Source: a virus
Lineage: Duplodnaviria > Caudoviricetes
Virus record (IMG/VR): IMGVR_UViG_3300028603_000018
Coordinates: 180,063 to 244,062 of that record
Reading direction: 5' to 3' (one strand)
Length of the DNA: 64,000 nucleotides
Below are positions 1 through 9,595 of this stretch, in pieces (the stretch's first letter is position 1; every line of letters begins with the position of its first letter). Position numbers and translations under genes: made by a program. The notes beneath the pieces were generated by a model. The model did no database searches, was not told the origin of the DNA, and worked only from the letters and a program-made list of their open reading frames with translations.

Positions 1-152
1 AGGTAATAAGAAAAATGGCATGTGGTATTCTAACATTACTCTCACATCCGCTCTATCAGCTAATGAGAGATGTTGTTGAATCATTAAAGGTTCTAGTTCA
101 GTAGGTGTTGTTAAATCTAATACTGTTTCAGTCATAGCGTATTTTTCAAGAT

Positions 153-175
153 AGATTTTTACAATAACATATTAT
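153..175 (+). promoter_or_regulatory. Early-type phage promoter upstream of the non-virion RNAP operon
   Basis: AGATTTTTACAA-N3-CATATTAT, similar to the phiKZ early TATATTAC motif. Confidence 0.6.
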
Positions 176-237
176 CAATTAGTAGCTGTTAAATTACAGC
201 TAAAAACTTACTCCTTCTTTTACTCAATTAAGAGGAT

Positions 238-1434
238 GTGTTAATGAGTCTAACCAGACCTAAACCAGATCCGATGATTAAAACTAATCAACTCCATAGA
301 GAATTGCTTAGTGTAAGTGGATTTGATTCTTTTGCTGCTCATGGAACCTCTCCAAGAAAGCAGATGTTTGCAACTCATTTAGGACAGTGTCTTGTAGTAA
401 AACATTCCACAGAACGCAGTTATCAAACTGGTATGGAAAGAGCTTACGCTAAATATACATTTAGTATTAAAGCTCCTACCACAATGCATATCATCGCTAT
501 TGTTAACCGGTATCCAGAGATTCAAGGCGTAGACAAGATTAAATTTAATCCCCAGTCTATTGTCGTCTACGAAGATCTTATTACTAGAACGATCTCAGCA
601 ATGGATGTACGTCGATTCAAAGCTAACCATCCTCACTTTGGCTTTGATTATGTTGCTAGACCAGCTTCTCAATTATTACGAGCTGGAGAGACTATTGAGA
701 AAGATACTATCTTCTACGATAGTCCTTCTGTAACAGAAAATGGTGGATACAAGTATGGTGTAGAACTAAACATCCTTCATGCTACCTTACCAGCTACTTC
801 TGAAGATGGTAGCATGATCTCTGAATCAGCTGCTAAGAAGTTCACCTACATGACGTTCGAAACTCGTGTAGCGGATTGTGGTGCTGATGAGATTCCTATC
901 TTCTTATATGGTACGGATGAACAACCTAAGATTTGTCCAGATATCGGAGAGAAAGTCAGGGATGATGGTCTACTTTTTGTAACTAGAAAAGTCGATGATA
1001 ACTTAGCCCCCTTTTACCAATCTAAACACGCACTTAGAAAATACTTTCCAAAGTTTGATACACCTATCTATGTACCACCAGGTGGGACAGTAATTGATAT
1101 CCAAGTCCATCACGATCCTTTATGTAAGCAAGCTCGTGTACCAACTGGAATGGACGATCAGTTATTAAAGTATCAACGGTCTTTAATGAACTTCCATAAA
1201 GCAATTAAAGACATCTGGTCTAAGTACTTAAGAGAACGAGGTGAGGGATTAAAACTCTCTCCAGAGTTTGAACGCTTGGTTGTCGATGCAATTGCTTATA
1301 CGGATGATAAAGCTAATGCACGTCCTCAACGACAATACCGACTAGCTCGACTGGGTGATTGGCGTATTGAATTTACTGTTAGATACGAAAATGTACCTAG
1401 TGTAGGTAATAAGGCAACTGGTTGCTTCGGAGAT
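238..1434 (+). CDS. Non-virion RNA polymerase beta subunit (phiKZ gp71-73-like), exon 1
   Basis: RpoB-like motifs (SPRKQMF, ATSEDG, PDIGEKVRDDG). It ends in GNKATGCFGD, the first half of the GDK..R.GxKG motif. The ORF track reads 9 codons into the intron. Confidence 0.88.
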
Positions 1435-3364
1435 TCTCACATAGAGCCTGTTAACTATATTTAGGTATATAGTATAGGCCAATGAAATACTAGAAATTAT
1501 TAACGATCTTTTTAATTTGCAGCGTTTGGCCTGTATTTTTCTAATTTAGGAGGTCAAATGACAAAGCAGTATAAATTAGTACCGGGATCAGAGTCAGTAC
1601 GTTATGATGTAATAAATGACACTTATACTAGATTTAATCCGAAAGAAGATGGGTTTGTAGAAAAAGGTTCCCGAATAACCTTTAACTACCATAACCGAAC
1701 CATCACGGTAGATAGAGAATGGCTTCGTTTATTTACAATCTTTGAAACAAAGCTTCCCGAGCAAGTTTGGATTCATGTAGAAAAAATTAGGTTCGTAGAC
1801 TGCTATAATAAAGTACTTCGTTTACCCACCAATAAAATAATGGTGTTGGACGAATGCTTTCACTATCATCCGTATTATCGTATTGTTCCAGGCTTTACTC
1901 ATCTATTCATCAGTAAGAATGGTGTGGTAATTGATTGGACTGATAACTTTAAACCCGTTTCTATTTTAGATGATCAGTATAAAAACTTAAACATCTATGA
2001 TCCTGAACGAGGTTTTGTTAGATCAGTTCCACTACATCGCTTACTTGGTTTGGCTTGGATTAATAATGACAATTACCAAGAAAAGCCCATAATGAATCAC
2101 ATAGATGGAAATAAGTATAATAATCAGCTGAGTAATCTAGAATGGGTCTCTCATCAAGAAAATAACGTTCACGCTAGTGAGGTCGGGTTAAATACCGATT
2201 CTCTAGCATGTAAAGCTCGGGATGTAGTAAGTGGTGAGGTACAAACATTCAACAGTCTTGGTCAGTTATCTCGCGCTTTAGGTGTTGGAGCAGTTAATCT
2301 GGAGCGGTTAAATACCACCCGCCCAACTTCTTTAATTGGTGACCGATATGAAGTTCGTTTATTAGGTGATGACACGCCTTGGTTATTTGATACCGTAGAC
2401 GATCTACCAAAGGTTAAAGGACGTTATCAAATCAATGTTACACATGCGAAGCAGGGTAAGTTAACTTTCCATGATGTTAGAACAGCGGTGTTTAATTTGA
2501 AATACCGTAAGACGTGGGGATGTGGTAATGTCAGGACTTTACAACAGTTCTTAGAAAAAGATCCGTATGTTCAGGATTTTGAGATTATTGATCATTATAA
2601 ATACACAGCAACAGTTCAGGCGAAAAACGTAGATACAGGAGAAGTAGTGGAAGAACCTACCTTTACTTATCTTTCTAGACGTTTAAAGCTTCAACGTAGT
2701 GCTATTAAGAAAATCCTGAATTCGGGTCAGGTACAGTGTTATCATGGCTGGTTGATTCGTTTAACGAGTGAAGATCCTTGGCCGGAAGATTATCAGATAC
2801 ATGGTCAGAGACGTATTAGTGTGGTAGCTAAACACAATAAGACAGGCCAATGTTTGAAATTTCCCACCCTAAGAGCTACTGCAAGGCACTTCGGGATAGA
2901 TCGTAAAACCATTTCAGTTCGTATTAATAATAAAACGGACTACGATGGCTGGTATTTTGAATTGGTTTAATTTACAGGTAAGAATTTATTTGGTCTCCCT
3001 AAATAGTGATATTTAGTAAAAAACCTCTCTAACTGCGGGAACATCCTAAAGTCTTAAATTACTTCTTACTCATGGAAACGTAGAGTAATGCCTCGACCAG
3101 TAATGGAAGTTCGAGGGACAGTAAAAACATTTAAGAATATATGGGTAACCGACGCAACAAAGCTCCTAAGTCTAGAGATATGGAGTGTGTTCAACGACTA
3201 TCGACGTAGCGCCTAAGTAGGTAATCGAGGATTTTAAAGCGAAACGGGAGGCCCTCAACTAGCTTAAGTTGAGGTGAAGATATAGTCTGTTCCCCAAGGA
3301 AAGCTTGGGGCGGGTGTCGTAGCACACCGGATATGTATGGAAACGATACATATTGGACAATAAG
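1435..3364 (+). mobile_element. Group I intron with an endonuclease ORF in the P1 loop
   Basis: Exon end GGAGAT pairs with internal guide GTCTCC (~2993-2998) through a U-G wobble. R element GTTCAACGACTA at 3189-3200, S element AAGATATAGTC at 3277-3287, terminal G at 3364. Splicing restores GCFGD-KGIIV. Confidence 0.9.
1558..2970 (+). CDS. Intron-encoded HNH homing endonuclease with NUMOD1-like HTH repeats
   Basis: LHRLLGLAW...NHIDGNKYNNQLSNLEWVSHQEN HNH motif. Three C-terminal repeats such as FPTLRATARHFGIDRKTI. SD AGGAGG upstream. Confidence 0.9.
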   Translation: MTKQYKLVPGSESVRYDVINDTYTRFNPKEDGFVEKGSRITFNYHNRTITVDREWLRLFTIFETKLPEQVWIHVEKIRFVDCYNKVLRLPTNKIMVLDECFHYHPYYRIVPGFTHLFISKNGVVIDWTDNFKPVSILDDQYKNLNIYDPERGFVRSVPLHRLLGLAWINNDNYQEKPIMNHIDGNKYNNQLSNLEWVSHQENNVHASEVGLNTDSLACKARDVVSGEVQTFNSLGQLSRALGVGAVNLERLNTTRPTSLIGDRYEVRLLGDDTPWLFDTVDDLPKVKGRYQINVTHAKQGKLTFHDVRTAVFNLKYRKTWGCGNVRTLQQFLEKDPYVQDFEIIDHYKYTATVQAKNVDTGEVVEEPTFTYLSRRLKLQRSAIKKILNSGQVQCYHGWLIRLTSEDPWPEDYQIHGQRRISVVAKHNKTGQCLKFPTLRATARHFGIDRKTISVRINNKTDYDGWYFELV

Positions 3365-4357
3365 AAAGGTATTATCGTAACAGTAGTTCCAGATGAGAAA
3401 ATGCCTGTTGATGATCGGGGTGTTCGAGTGGAATTTATCACAGATCCTCTAGCTACAATTGCTCGGAGTACTTTAGGTCGAGTGATGGAACCCTTTCTAA
3501 ATGCTGCTGGACAGAATATTGTTAGAGAGATAGCATTAGCTCTTAATCTGAAATGGGGAACTGTAGTAACGCCACAGTTACTAGAAACTAAGAACGTTAA
3601 TGGGTTAGTCAGGAAGCAGTTTGAAAAACTCAAAGACTTCTATTATACGGTATCATCTGAAAAGATGGGTCCTTGGCATGAGAATCTAACAGATAAAGAA
3701 CTCTATGAGCATCTGAGTTCTGTTATTACTCGAACCTTACCTATTATGTATAAACCACCTTCTGATGAGAAAGAGATGGTGGATATTATCATGGAAATTA
3801 ATGAGAAGTATCCTCCTTATGAATCTCATATCACTTATGTAGGTAACTCTGGTAAGACCGTACGGTCTAAAGAAAAGTTTATTATCGGAAGAGCTTATGT
3901 TATTCTCTTAGATAAAACAGGAGATTCTGCTGCTGCTATTGCCTCAGGTAAATTAGGTCACTTTGGTGTTCCTAGTCAAATTACTCGTCAAGATAAATAC
4001 ACGAGTCCTAATCGACGACAGCATACTCGTATCTTTGGTGAAGCAGAGATGCGAATCATTGCTTCGTATTGTCCGTCTTGGGTGGCTGCTGAAATCATTG
4101 ATAGGAACTCCAATAAAGATAGCATGGGAGTTATTATTAACGGATTACTCACCACAGATAAACCAACTAATACTTTTGAGCTAATCAATAGAAAGGAGCA
4201 TAAGTACAATGGTGGTAGACCTATTCAGATCGTACGACACTTAGCACTTACAGCAGGTTGGGGTTTCCAATATAAACCTTATCAGCCTCTTTGGATGAAA
4301 GGTAATAAAGTAAAAGATTTTGTACTAGAGAGCTTAGACAAAACAGAAGCTGTTTAA
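3365..4357 (+). CDS. Non-virion RNA polymerase beta subunit, exon 2 (spliced product about 729 aa)
   Basis: KGII..V.PDEKMP, DP...IARS.LGR and RIFGEAEMR correspond to RpoB C-terminal motifs. Confidence 0.88.
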   Translation, partial: KGIIVTVVPDEKMPVDDRGVRVEFITDPLATIARSTLGRVMEPFLNAAGQNIVREIALALNLKWGTVVTPQLLETKNVNGLVRKQFEKLKDFYYTVSSEKMGPWHENLTDKELYEHLSSVITRTLPIMYKPPSDEKEMVDIIMEINEKYPPYESHITYVGNSGKTVRSKEKFIIGRAYVILLDKTGDSAAAIASGKLGHFGVPSQITRQDKYTSPNRRQHTRIFGEAEMRIIASYCPSWVAAEIIDRNSNKDSMGVIINGLLTTDKPTNTFELINRKEHKYNGGRPIQIVRHLALTAGWGFQYKPYQPLWMKGNKVKDFVLESLDKTEAV

Positions 4358-4361
4358 TCTC

Positions 4362-4391
4362 CGCGTGGGTTGTGTAAAAGCAACTCACGCG
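4362..4391 (+). other. Intergenic stem-loop between the RNAP genes
   Basis: CGCGTGGGTTG-loop-CAACTCACGCG with no U-tract; possible RNA processing or stability hairpin. Confidence 0.5.
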
Positions 4392-4403
4392 TTATAAAAG
4401 TTA

Positions 4404-6488
4404 ATGAGGGATTTAAACATAATGAGTGCTATAACACTAAAGGCTAGAAAGCTATTAGGTGTTCCTACAGAAGTATTATGGGAAACTCTGAACGGGGAAT
4501 TCTATTTAGAGTTTGATGATGGTGTTATCTTAGCTGACGAAGCTAGTACTATCTATAGTTCTTATATCTGGAAATTCATCAGTAAGTTCCCAGATATCCC
4601 ATTTCTTAAAAAACATCATATCAACTCTCATCTTGGTAAGAGCCTATTGTCAGTTGAAGCCAACGGTAGACTTTTTGATAGTGTACTTTGGGATGTTTTT
4701 GATTGGGCTGTCTATGGAGTTGATCCAAGGAACGAAGATCTTAAAAGTAGAGTTCCTGACCCCAGTACTGCTAAGCTTAACGTATTGGAGTTTAAAGAAG
4801 AGTTAGCTGAAACTGCTTGGGGGACATTAAATGAGATGTATAACGATCTAAGCGTTCGTTGTGAGCCTTGGGTCGTAGGCATTAGCATTAATGATCTTGT
4901 TGAAGTAACTCAACATAATCCAATTAAAGAAGTGTTAGAAGGTTTCTTACCTCCTGTACAGGAATCTTTGGATAAGATCTATGATACCCTAGATGAAGCA
5001 CTCTTTAATGATCCGAAGCTAGAGAACAATATCCTTTCTCGTTTAGTTCGATCTGGTTTGATTAATAAGAACCAGTTACAGCAATGCGTAGGAGCACGAG
5101 GTTTTATTACTGATATTGACTCTAGTCTATTTAGACTTCCTATTCTTCGTAACTTAACTCAAGGTATTCGATCAGCTTATGATTCACAAATTGAATCTAG
5201 GAGTGCTGCTAAGTCACAAGCTTATTCAGAAGAACCTCTAGAGCAATCAGAATACTTCTCTCGTAGGCAGCAATTGATCTCACAGACACTGAAAAATCTA
5301 GTAGAAGGTGATTGTGGTGCGAAAGAAGGATTAGGTTGGAACGTTGGGGAGGATGACTTAAAGCATCTAGTAGGAAAGAACTATTACGATGATGAAGGAG
5401 TGCTTCGATATATTAAAAGCAGTGATAAACATCTTATTGGTAAGACAATTACTTTAAGATCTCCTTTTAAATGCCAAACCACGCATCCTACAGGCATTTG
5501 TAGTACGTGTATGGGTCAACTAGCACTCTCTGTATTTAGACTCTCTAACGTGGGTCAGGACACAGCTGTATCGATGCTCTCTGATGTAGGTCAGCGAGTA
5601 TTGTCTGTAAAGCACTTGGATGGTTCAAGTGTTGTAGATTCTCTTACAGTTGATCTAGAGACTCGTAAGTACATCAGAGTAGGTAAGGATGGGTCGAGTT
5701 ATTATCTATCTCCTGATCTAAAGAATGCAAGTAGCATTGAGTTAGTCTTTAGTCCTTATACTGTTCCAGGCTTTACGGATATTAAACAATGTAAAGATAC
5801 TAGTGATCTTTTCTTATCACGCGTCTCTAGGATGAATTCTTTAGGGATGATTGTTAAAGAAAGAAATCGAGTTATTGAAGTTGCTTTAGATGTCGGTTTA
5901 GCTAAACGTAAAGCTTCCCTTGCTTTTGATGTGATTAATCTCATTAAAGAAAGAGGTTGGAAAGTTGTCCAGACTGAAGCTGGTGATACTGTCTATGTAG
6001 TTGATATTACTGGTCTAGATCAGAATACGAAGTTACTTACAGTGCCATTACGTCACTTTAACATGGGTGATCAAGCAAAAGCTATTGCTGCTTTACTAGA
6101 GTCTAAAACTGGAGCAGTTAAAGAACGAGATGAAGACACACCTATCTCGGAATTTATTGCTGAGCTATATGAGACAGTTAATAGCCGCCTCTCTGTTAAC
6201 TTTGCGGTACTTGAAGTAATTACCTACAGTATCATGATTGTCTCAGCTAAGGGTGAGGATTATTCATTACCAAAACCCTGGACACAATCTGGGTTAGGTG
6301 TTAAGGATAGGACCTTTAGACGCCGTAGTGCTTCTGTTGAGATGGCTTATCAAGGACAGCAGTTTGCTATTAAAGATCCAGTTAGGTATAACTATACTAA
6401 TGTCATGGATCATCAAATGGATGTCTTTATTGATCCTCAGTCTGTTGTTGAGAGGGAAGCTAAGATGGAGAAAAATAACCAGCGATGA
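4404..6488 (+). CDS. Non-virion RNA polymerase beta' subunit, C-terminal part (phiKZ gp74-like); start may be 4422
   Basis: Q..G.RG, SEYFSRR..L, DCG, LRSPFKC....GICSTCMG zinc-site motif and Q.VLS.KH. Confidence 0.88.
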   Translation: MRDLNIMSAITLKARKLLGVPTEVLWETLNGEFYLEFDDGVILADEASTIYSSYIWKFISKFPDIPFLKKHHINSHLGKSLLSVEANGRLFDSVLWDVFDWAVYGVDPRNEDLKSRVPDPSTAKLNVLEFKEELAETAWGTLNEMYNDLSVRCEPWVVGISINDLVEVTQHNPIKEVLEGFLPPVQESLDKIYDTLDEALFNDPKLENNILSRLVRSGLINKNQLQQCVGARGFITDIDSSLFRLPILRNLTQGIRSAYDSQIESRSAAKSQAYSEEPLEQSEYFSRRQQLISQTLKNLVEGDCGAKEGLGWNVGEDDLKHLVGKNYYDDEGVLRYIKSSDKHLIGKTITLRSPFKCQTTHPTGICSTCMGQLALSVFRLSNVGQDTAVSMLSDVGQRVLSVKHLDGSSVVDSLTVDLETRKYIRVGKDGSSYYLSPDLKNASSIELVFSPYTVPGFTDIKQCKDTSDLFLSRVSRMNSLGMIVKERNRVIEVALDVGLAKRKASLAFDVINLIKERGWKVVQTEAGDTVYVVDITGLDQNTKLLTVPLRHFNMGDQAKAIAALLESKTGAVKERDEDTPISEFIAELYETVNSRLSVNFAVLEVITYSIMIVSAKGEDYSLPKPWTQSGLGVKDRTFRRRSASVEMAYQGQQFAIKDPVRYNYTNVMDHQMDVFIDPQSVVEREAKMEKNNQR

Positions 6489-8017
6489 AATCCTTTAGAA
6501 TCACTACAAGTAGTCATGGTTTTAAAGTAGATGGTATTTGTGACTCTAGAGCTACTGAAGCGATTCATGAATTTTTAAGAAGTTTGCTGCAATATGGTCT
6601 TATCAAAGTGGGAAGGCATTTCGTTAGAAAGCCAGTTAAGACCTTTGCAGCAAGTAATGCTTCTAGAAATTATTATCGATTCCACATCAATGACTTAAAA
6701 GCTTTCTTAAGTCATATGGCTGAATATGGTTTCAAAGAAAATAACTATACCATCATTAATACTCCACTTTATGAACCTAGGTATGTAGAACTCCCACTTA
6801 AACCCAAATGGAAAGCTAGGGAAAACCAAATCACAGCAATTGATTATGTTGCTGATGAAACAAATGGACCTGCATGTAAACTCATCCCAGCTCAACCAGG
6901 GTTTGGGAAAGGTTTAATTTCCATGATGGGTATTTCTGCTGTAGGTGTCTTTGCTATTTATCTTCTACGTCCGATGTATATGGATAAATGGAGAGAAGAG
7001 TTAGAAGATACTTATGACATCGACCCTTCTGAAATCATTACCATTCAAGGCAATGGTGAACTAAAGAAGATGTTAGACCAGCAGAAAAAGAAAGAGTTTT
7101 TTGGTAAAGTTGTTGTCATTAGTAATAAGACTTACCAAGCTTGGTTAAGTAAGTACGAAAAGTTAGGTCATAAGAAATTCTTAAAGCTCTACCCATGCAC
7201 ACCAGAGAATTTCTTTGAGTTTATGAAAGCAGGTTTTCGATTAATTGATGAAGGTCATCAAGACTTCCATCTAAATTGTAAAATCGACTATTATACAAAC
7301 GTACCTAACTCTATTACTCTTACTGCTACACTAATTACAAAAGACCCTTTTCTTAGGAAAAGGATGGATGTGCATTATCCTAAAGATAGGCAATGTAAAG
7401 TAGAGCAGATTAATAAGTACATTGATTCATCTGCTTACTTCTACCAATTCAAACATCCTGAAAAAATAAGGACAACGGAATTTGGTAGTCCCAACTATTC
7501 TCACCTAGCTTTTGAGGCTTCTATCTTACAAAAACCTCAGATTAGAGATAATTACTTCGAAATGATTAAACTCTTAGTCGATGTAGATTTCTTTAAGATC
7601 AAAGAAGAAGGGGAGAAGTTTGTCGTCTTTTGTTCTAAGATTGACTTTAGTAGAGAGTTATGTGCTTATTTACGGAAAGTCTACCCAAGTGTAGATATTA
7701 GAACTTATGTTGAAGATGATCCTTACGAGAATCTAATTGACCCTGTAGGACGTGTGACGACTTATGGTTCAGCAGGTACAGCGCAAGACATCCCAATGTT
7801 AAGAACTAATATTAATACCATTGCAATGGATTCATTAGCGGGTAATATCCAAATCTTAGGTAGAACTCGTGTAATGAAAAGTGGTAATACGCCACGGTAT
7901 GTTTATCTCGTAGCTGAAAACATTGATAAGCATATTACTTATCATAATGGTAGGAAAACCATGTTAGAAGAACGCGCTCGTAGTTTTAGAGTTCGTTGGC
8001 ATGATAAACCTATTTAA
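6485..8017 (+). CDS. SF2 DExH helicase (phiKZ gp75-like)
   Basis: Walker A variant AQPGFGKG, DEGH, TAT and QILGRTR motifs. Confidence 0.85.
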   Translation: MKSFRITTSSHGFKVDGICDSRATEAIHEFLRSLLQYGLIKVGRHFVRKPVKTFAASNASRNYYRFHINDLKAFLSHMAEYGFKENNYTIINTPLYEPRYVELPLKPKWKARENQITAIDYVADETNGPACKLIPAQPGFGKGLISMMGISAVGVFAIYLLRPMYMDKWREELEDTYDIDPSEIITIQGNGELKKMLDQQKKKEFFGKVVVISNKTYQAWLSKYEKLGHKKFLKLYPCTPENFFEFMKAGFRLIDEGHQDFHLNCKIDYYTNVPNSITLTATLITKDPFLRKRMDVHYPKDRQCKVEQINKYIDSSAYFYQFKHPEKIRTTEFGSPNYSHLAFEASILQKPQIRDNYFEMIKLLVDVDFFKIKEEGEKFVVFCSKIDFSRELCAYLRKVYPSVDIRTYVEDDPYENLIDPVGRVTTYGSAGTAQDIPMLRTNINTIAMDSLAGNIQILGRTRVMKSGNTPRYVYLVAENIDKHITYHNGRKTMLEERARSFRVRWHDKPI

Positions 8018-8023
8018 ATGAAA

Positions 8024-8060
8024 GCATAATAGGAGATCCCAAAAGGATCTCCTATTTATG
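8024..8060. terminator. GCATAAATAGGAG-family hairpin
   Basis: The core AATAGGAGATCC-CAAAA-GGATCTCCTATT is identical to the copy at ~45386. Confidence 0.75.
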
Positions 8061-8096
8061 ACTTGTTATTAATAAACATTGAAAAAGGTAAAATAA

Positions 8097-8387
8097 ATGA
8101 CTAATGAATTTGTAGAAGTTCAATTTGACATCACCGGTCGTATTCGTCAGAAAGTAAGACTCACTGATCCCAATATGACATTGGTTGAATTTGAAACAGG
8201 TTTAAAAACCGGAGATATTCTCCCTTCTATCTGTTATGGTAGTACGGATAGTGAAAGCCATTACGTACAATTTAGAAAAGATGGAGAAGTCTCGGACTCT
8301 TTTGTAATTGTCATAGTAGGAGTTGTAGAAGCAACCGATGTGGATTCTGATACGGAATACAGTCAGTTTGATGTCGAGGTTATCTAA
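8097..8387 (+). CDS. Hypothetical protein
   Basis: 96 aa ORF with SD AAGG, between two hairpins. Confidence 0.7.
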   Translation: MTNEFVEVQFDITGRIRQKVRLTDPNMTLVEFETGLKTGDILPSICYGSTDSESHYVQFRKDGEVSDSFVIVIVGVVEATDVDSDTEYSQFDVEVI

Positions 8388-8526
8388 TAATAGAGAAGCA
8401 TTATAGGGATGACTCTAGTCTCCCTATAATACCACCTTTCTTTTTTTTATTTAAATAATTAAATATAACAATATTTGAACCTATGAACGAAGTTATATAT
8501 TTTTATTTTAATAAGGTCAAAAAGAT

Positions 8527-9168
8527 ATGGCATTTACTACTCAATTCTCTATTCATACTTCACCCTATCTTAATCCACTTGATGCAAAGAGACAGGCTTT
8601 TAGTGTAGAGGCAGATAATCGGAAAGAAGCTTTAAAAGAATCTCTTAATAAAATCATTGATGAGTTAGATGATGAAACAATCAAACAACCCAGCATCACT
8701 CTAAACATTATCTATGCAGAAGAGAATGATAAAGAAGATTTCTACGTAGCTTATTTTGATTTTAAGAAAGACTCTTATCTAGATATTAAGAGTTCTATTC
8801 TTATTCCTCATACCTTCACTACATTAGCTCCTGAGGAAATCATCTCTATTAAGTTTAAGAAGCTCTCTGTTAAACCAAGTGAACAATCATTATGGGTAGA
8901 TGAAGAAGGTTCTATGTTCATCAGTAATTATCCTAATGTTTATTTTAATAGAAATGATCTTCCTGTAGAGAACTTTGACTATGACTTCAATGTCTATTAT
9001 GATTTAGCCATGTTCAAAGGACTAACTAATGTTGAGTCTTACAATTATGAAGTACCTGTTCTCTATCAGAAGCGAGTAGATAAAGCCATTGCATTTACTA
9101 CTCGTATTAAAGAAGCGGCTACTTTAGCCCAAGTACCTGAGAGTGTTATTAAAGAAGTGTTTGGTTAA
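8527..9168 (+). CDS. Hypothetical protein
   Basis: 213 aa ORF with typical codon usage, SD TAAGG and a downstream hairpin. Confidence 0.75.
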   Translation: MAFTTQFSIHTSPYLNPLDAKRQAFSVEADNRKEALKESLNKIIDELDDETIKQPSITLNIIYAEENDKEDFYVAYFDFKKDSYLDIKSSILIPHTFTTLAPEEIISIKFKKLSVKPSEQSLWVDEEGSMFISNYPNVYFNRNDLPVENFDYDFNVYYDLAMFKGLTNVESYNYEVPVLYQKRVDKAIAFTTRIKEAATLAQVPESVIKEVFG

Positions 9169-9183
9169 AAGGTATAAATAGAA

Positions 9184-9221
9184 GGCATAATTAGGAGTCC
9201 TTTAGGACTCCTCTTTTTGCC
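9184..9221. terminator. GCATAAATAGGAG-family hairpin
   Basis: AGGAGTCC-TTTA-GGACTCCT followed by a T-tract. Confidence 0.75.
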
Positions 9222-9228
9222 GTATTCT

Positions 9229-9251
9229 AGACTATTTTAAATCTATATCAC
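9229..9251 (+). promoter_or_regulatory. Early-type phage promoter
   Basis: AGACTATTTTAA-N3-TATATCAC. Confidence 0.7.
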
Positions 9252-9367
9252 TAACATGATAGAACTGGTCAAGCTGTCTTTCTTATATAAAGAGGTTAGG
9301 TCTGGATATTCGTGGTATCCAGACCTATGACCCACCTCTACACTTCTTTACTACAAAGGAGATAAAA

Positions 9368-9595
9368 ATGAATATACACTATTCAGGTTTACATAGTATT
9401 ATACTAAAACCAAATGAAAAAACTAAAATCCCTGTTCACATCATCACGTTAAGTAATTACAATGCGGATGAATTCTTAGATTATATTACAGATCAAATCC
9501 ATCAAAACAATATATTGAATATTCATTACAATATTGAAAATCAAAGTACTGATCAACTGAGATACAAACCTCCTGCCTTTAGACAGAGGTGTTAA
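9368..9595 (+). CDS. Small early protein, probably interrupted near its 3' end by the tnpB element
   Basis: SD AAGGAG. The last ~14 codons run through the IS left-end hairpin. Confidence 0.55.
   Translation: MNIHYSGLHSIILKPNEKTKIPVHIITLSNYNADEFLDYITDQIHQNNILNIHYNIENQSTDQLRYKPPAFRQRC

Noticed and set aside
1-104. 3' end of an upstream gene
   Set aside because: Two frames are open for a short distance and the product cannot be identified from this fragment.
3353-3364. TTG start of the 334-aa ORF
   Set aside because: It lies in the intron 3' end; the coding part begins at 3365 after splicing.
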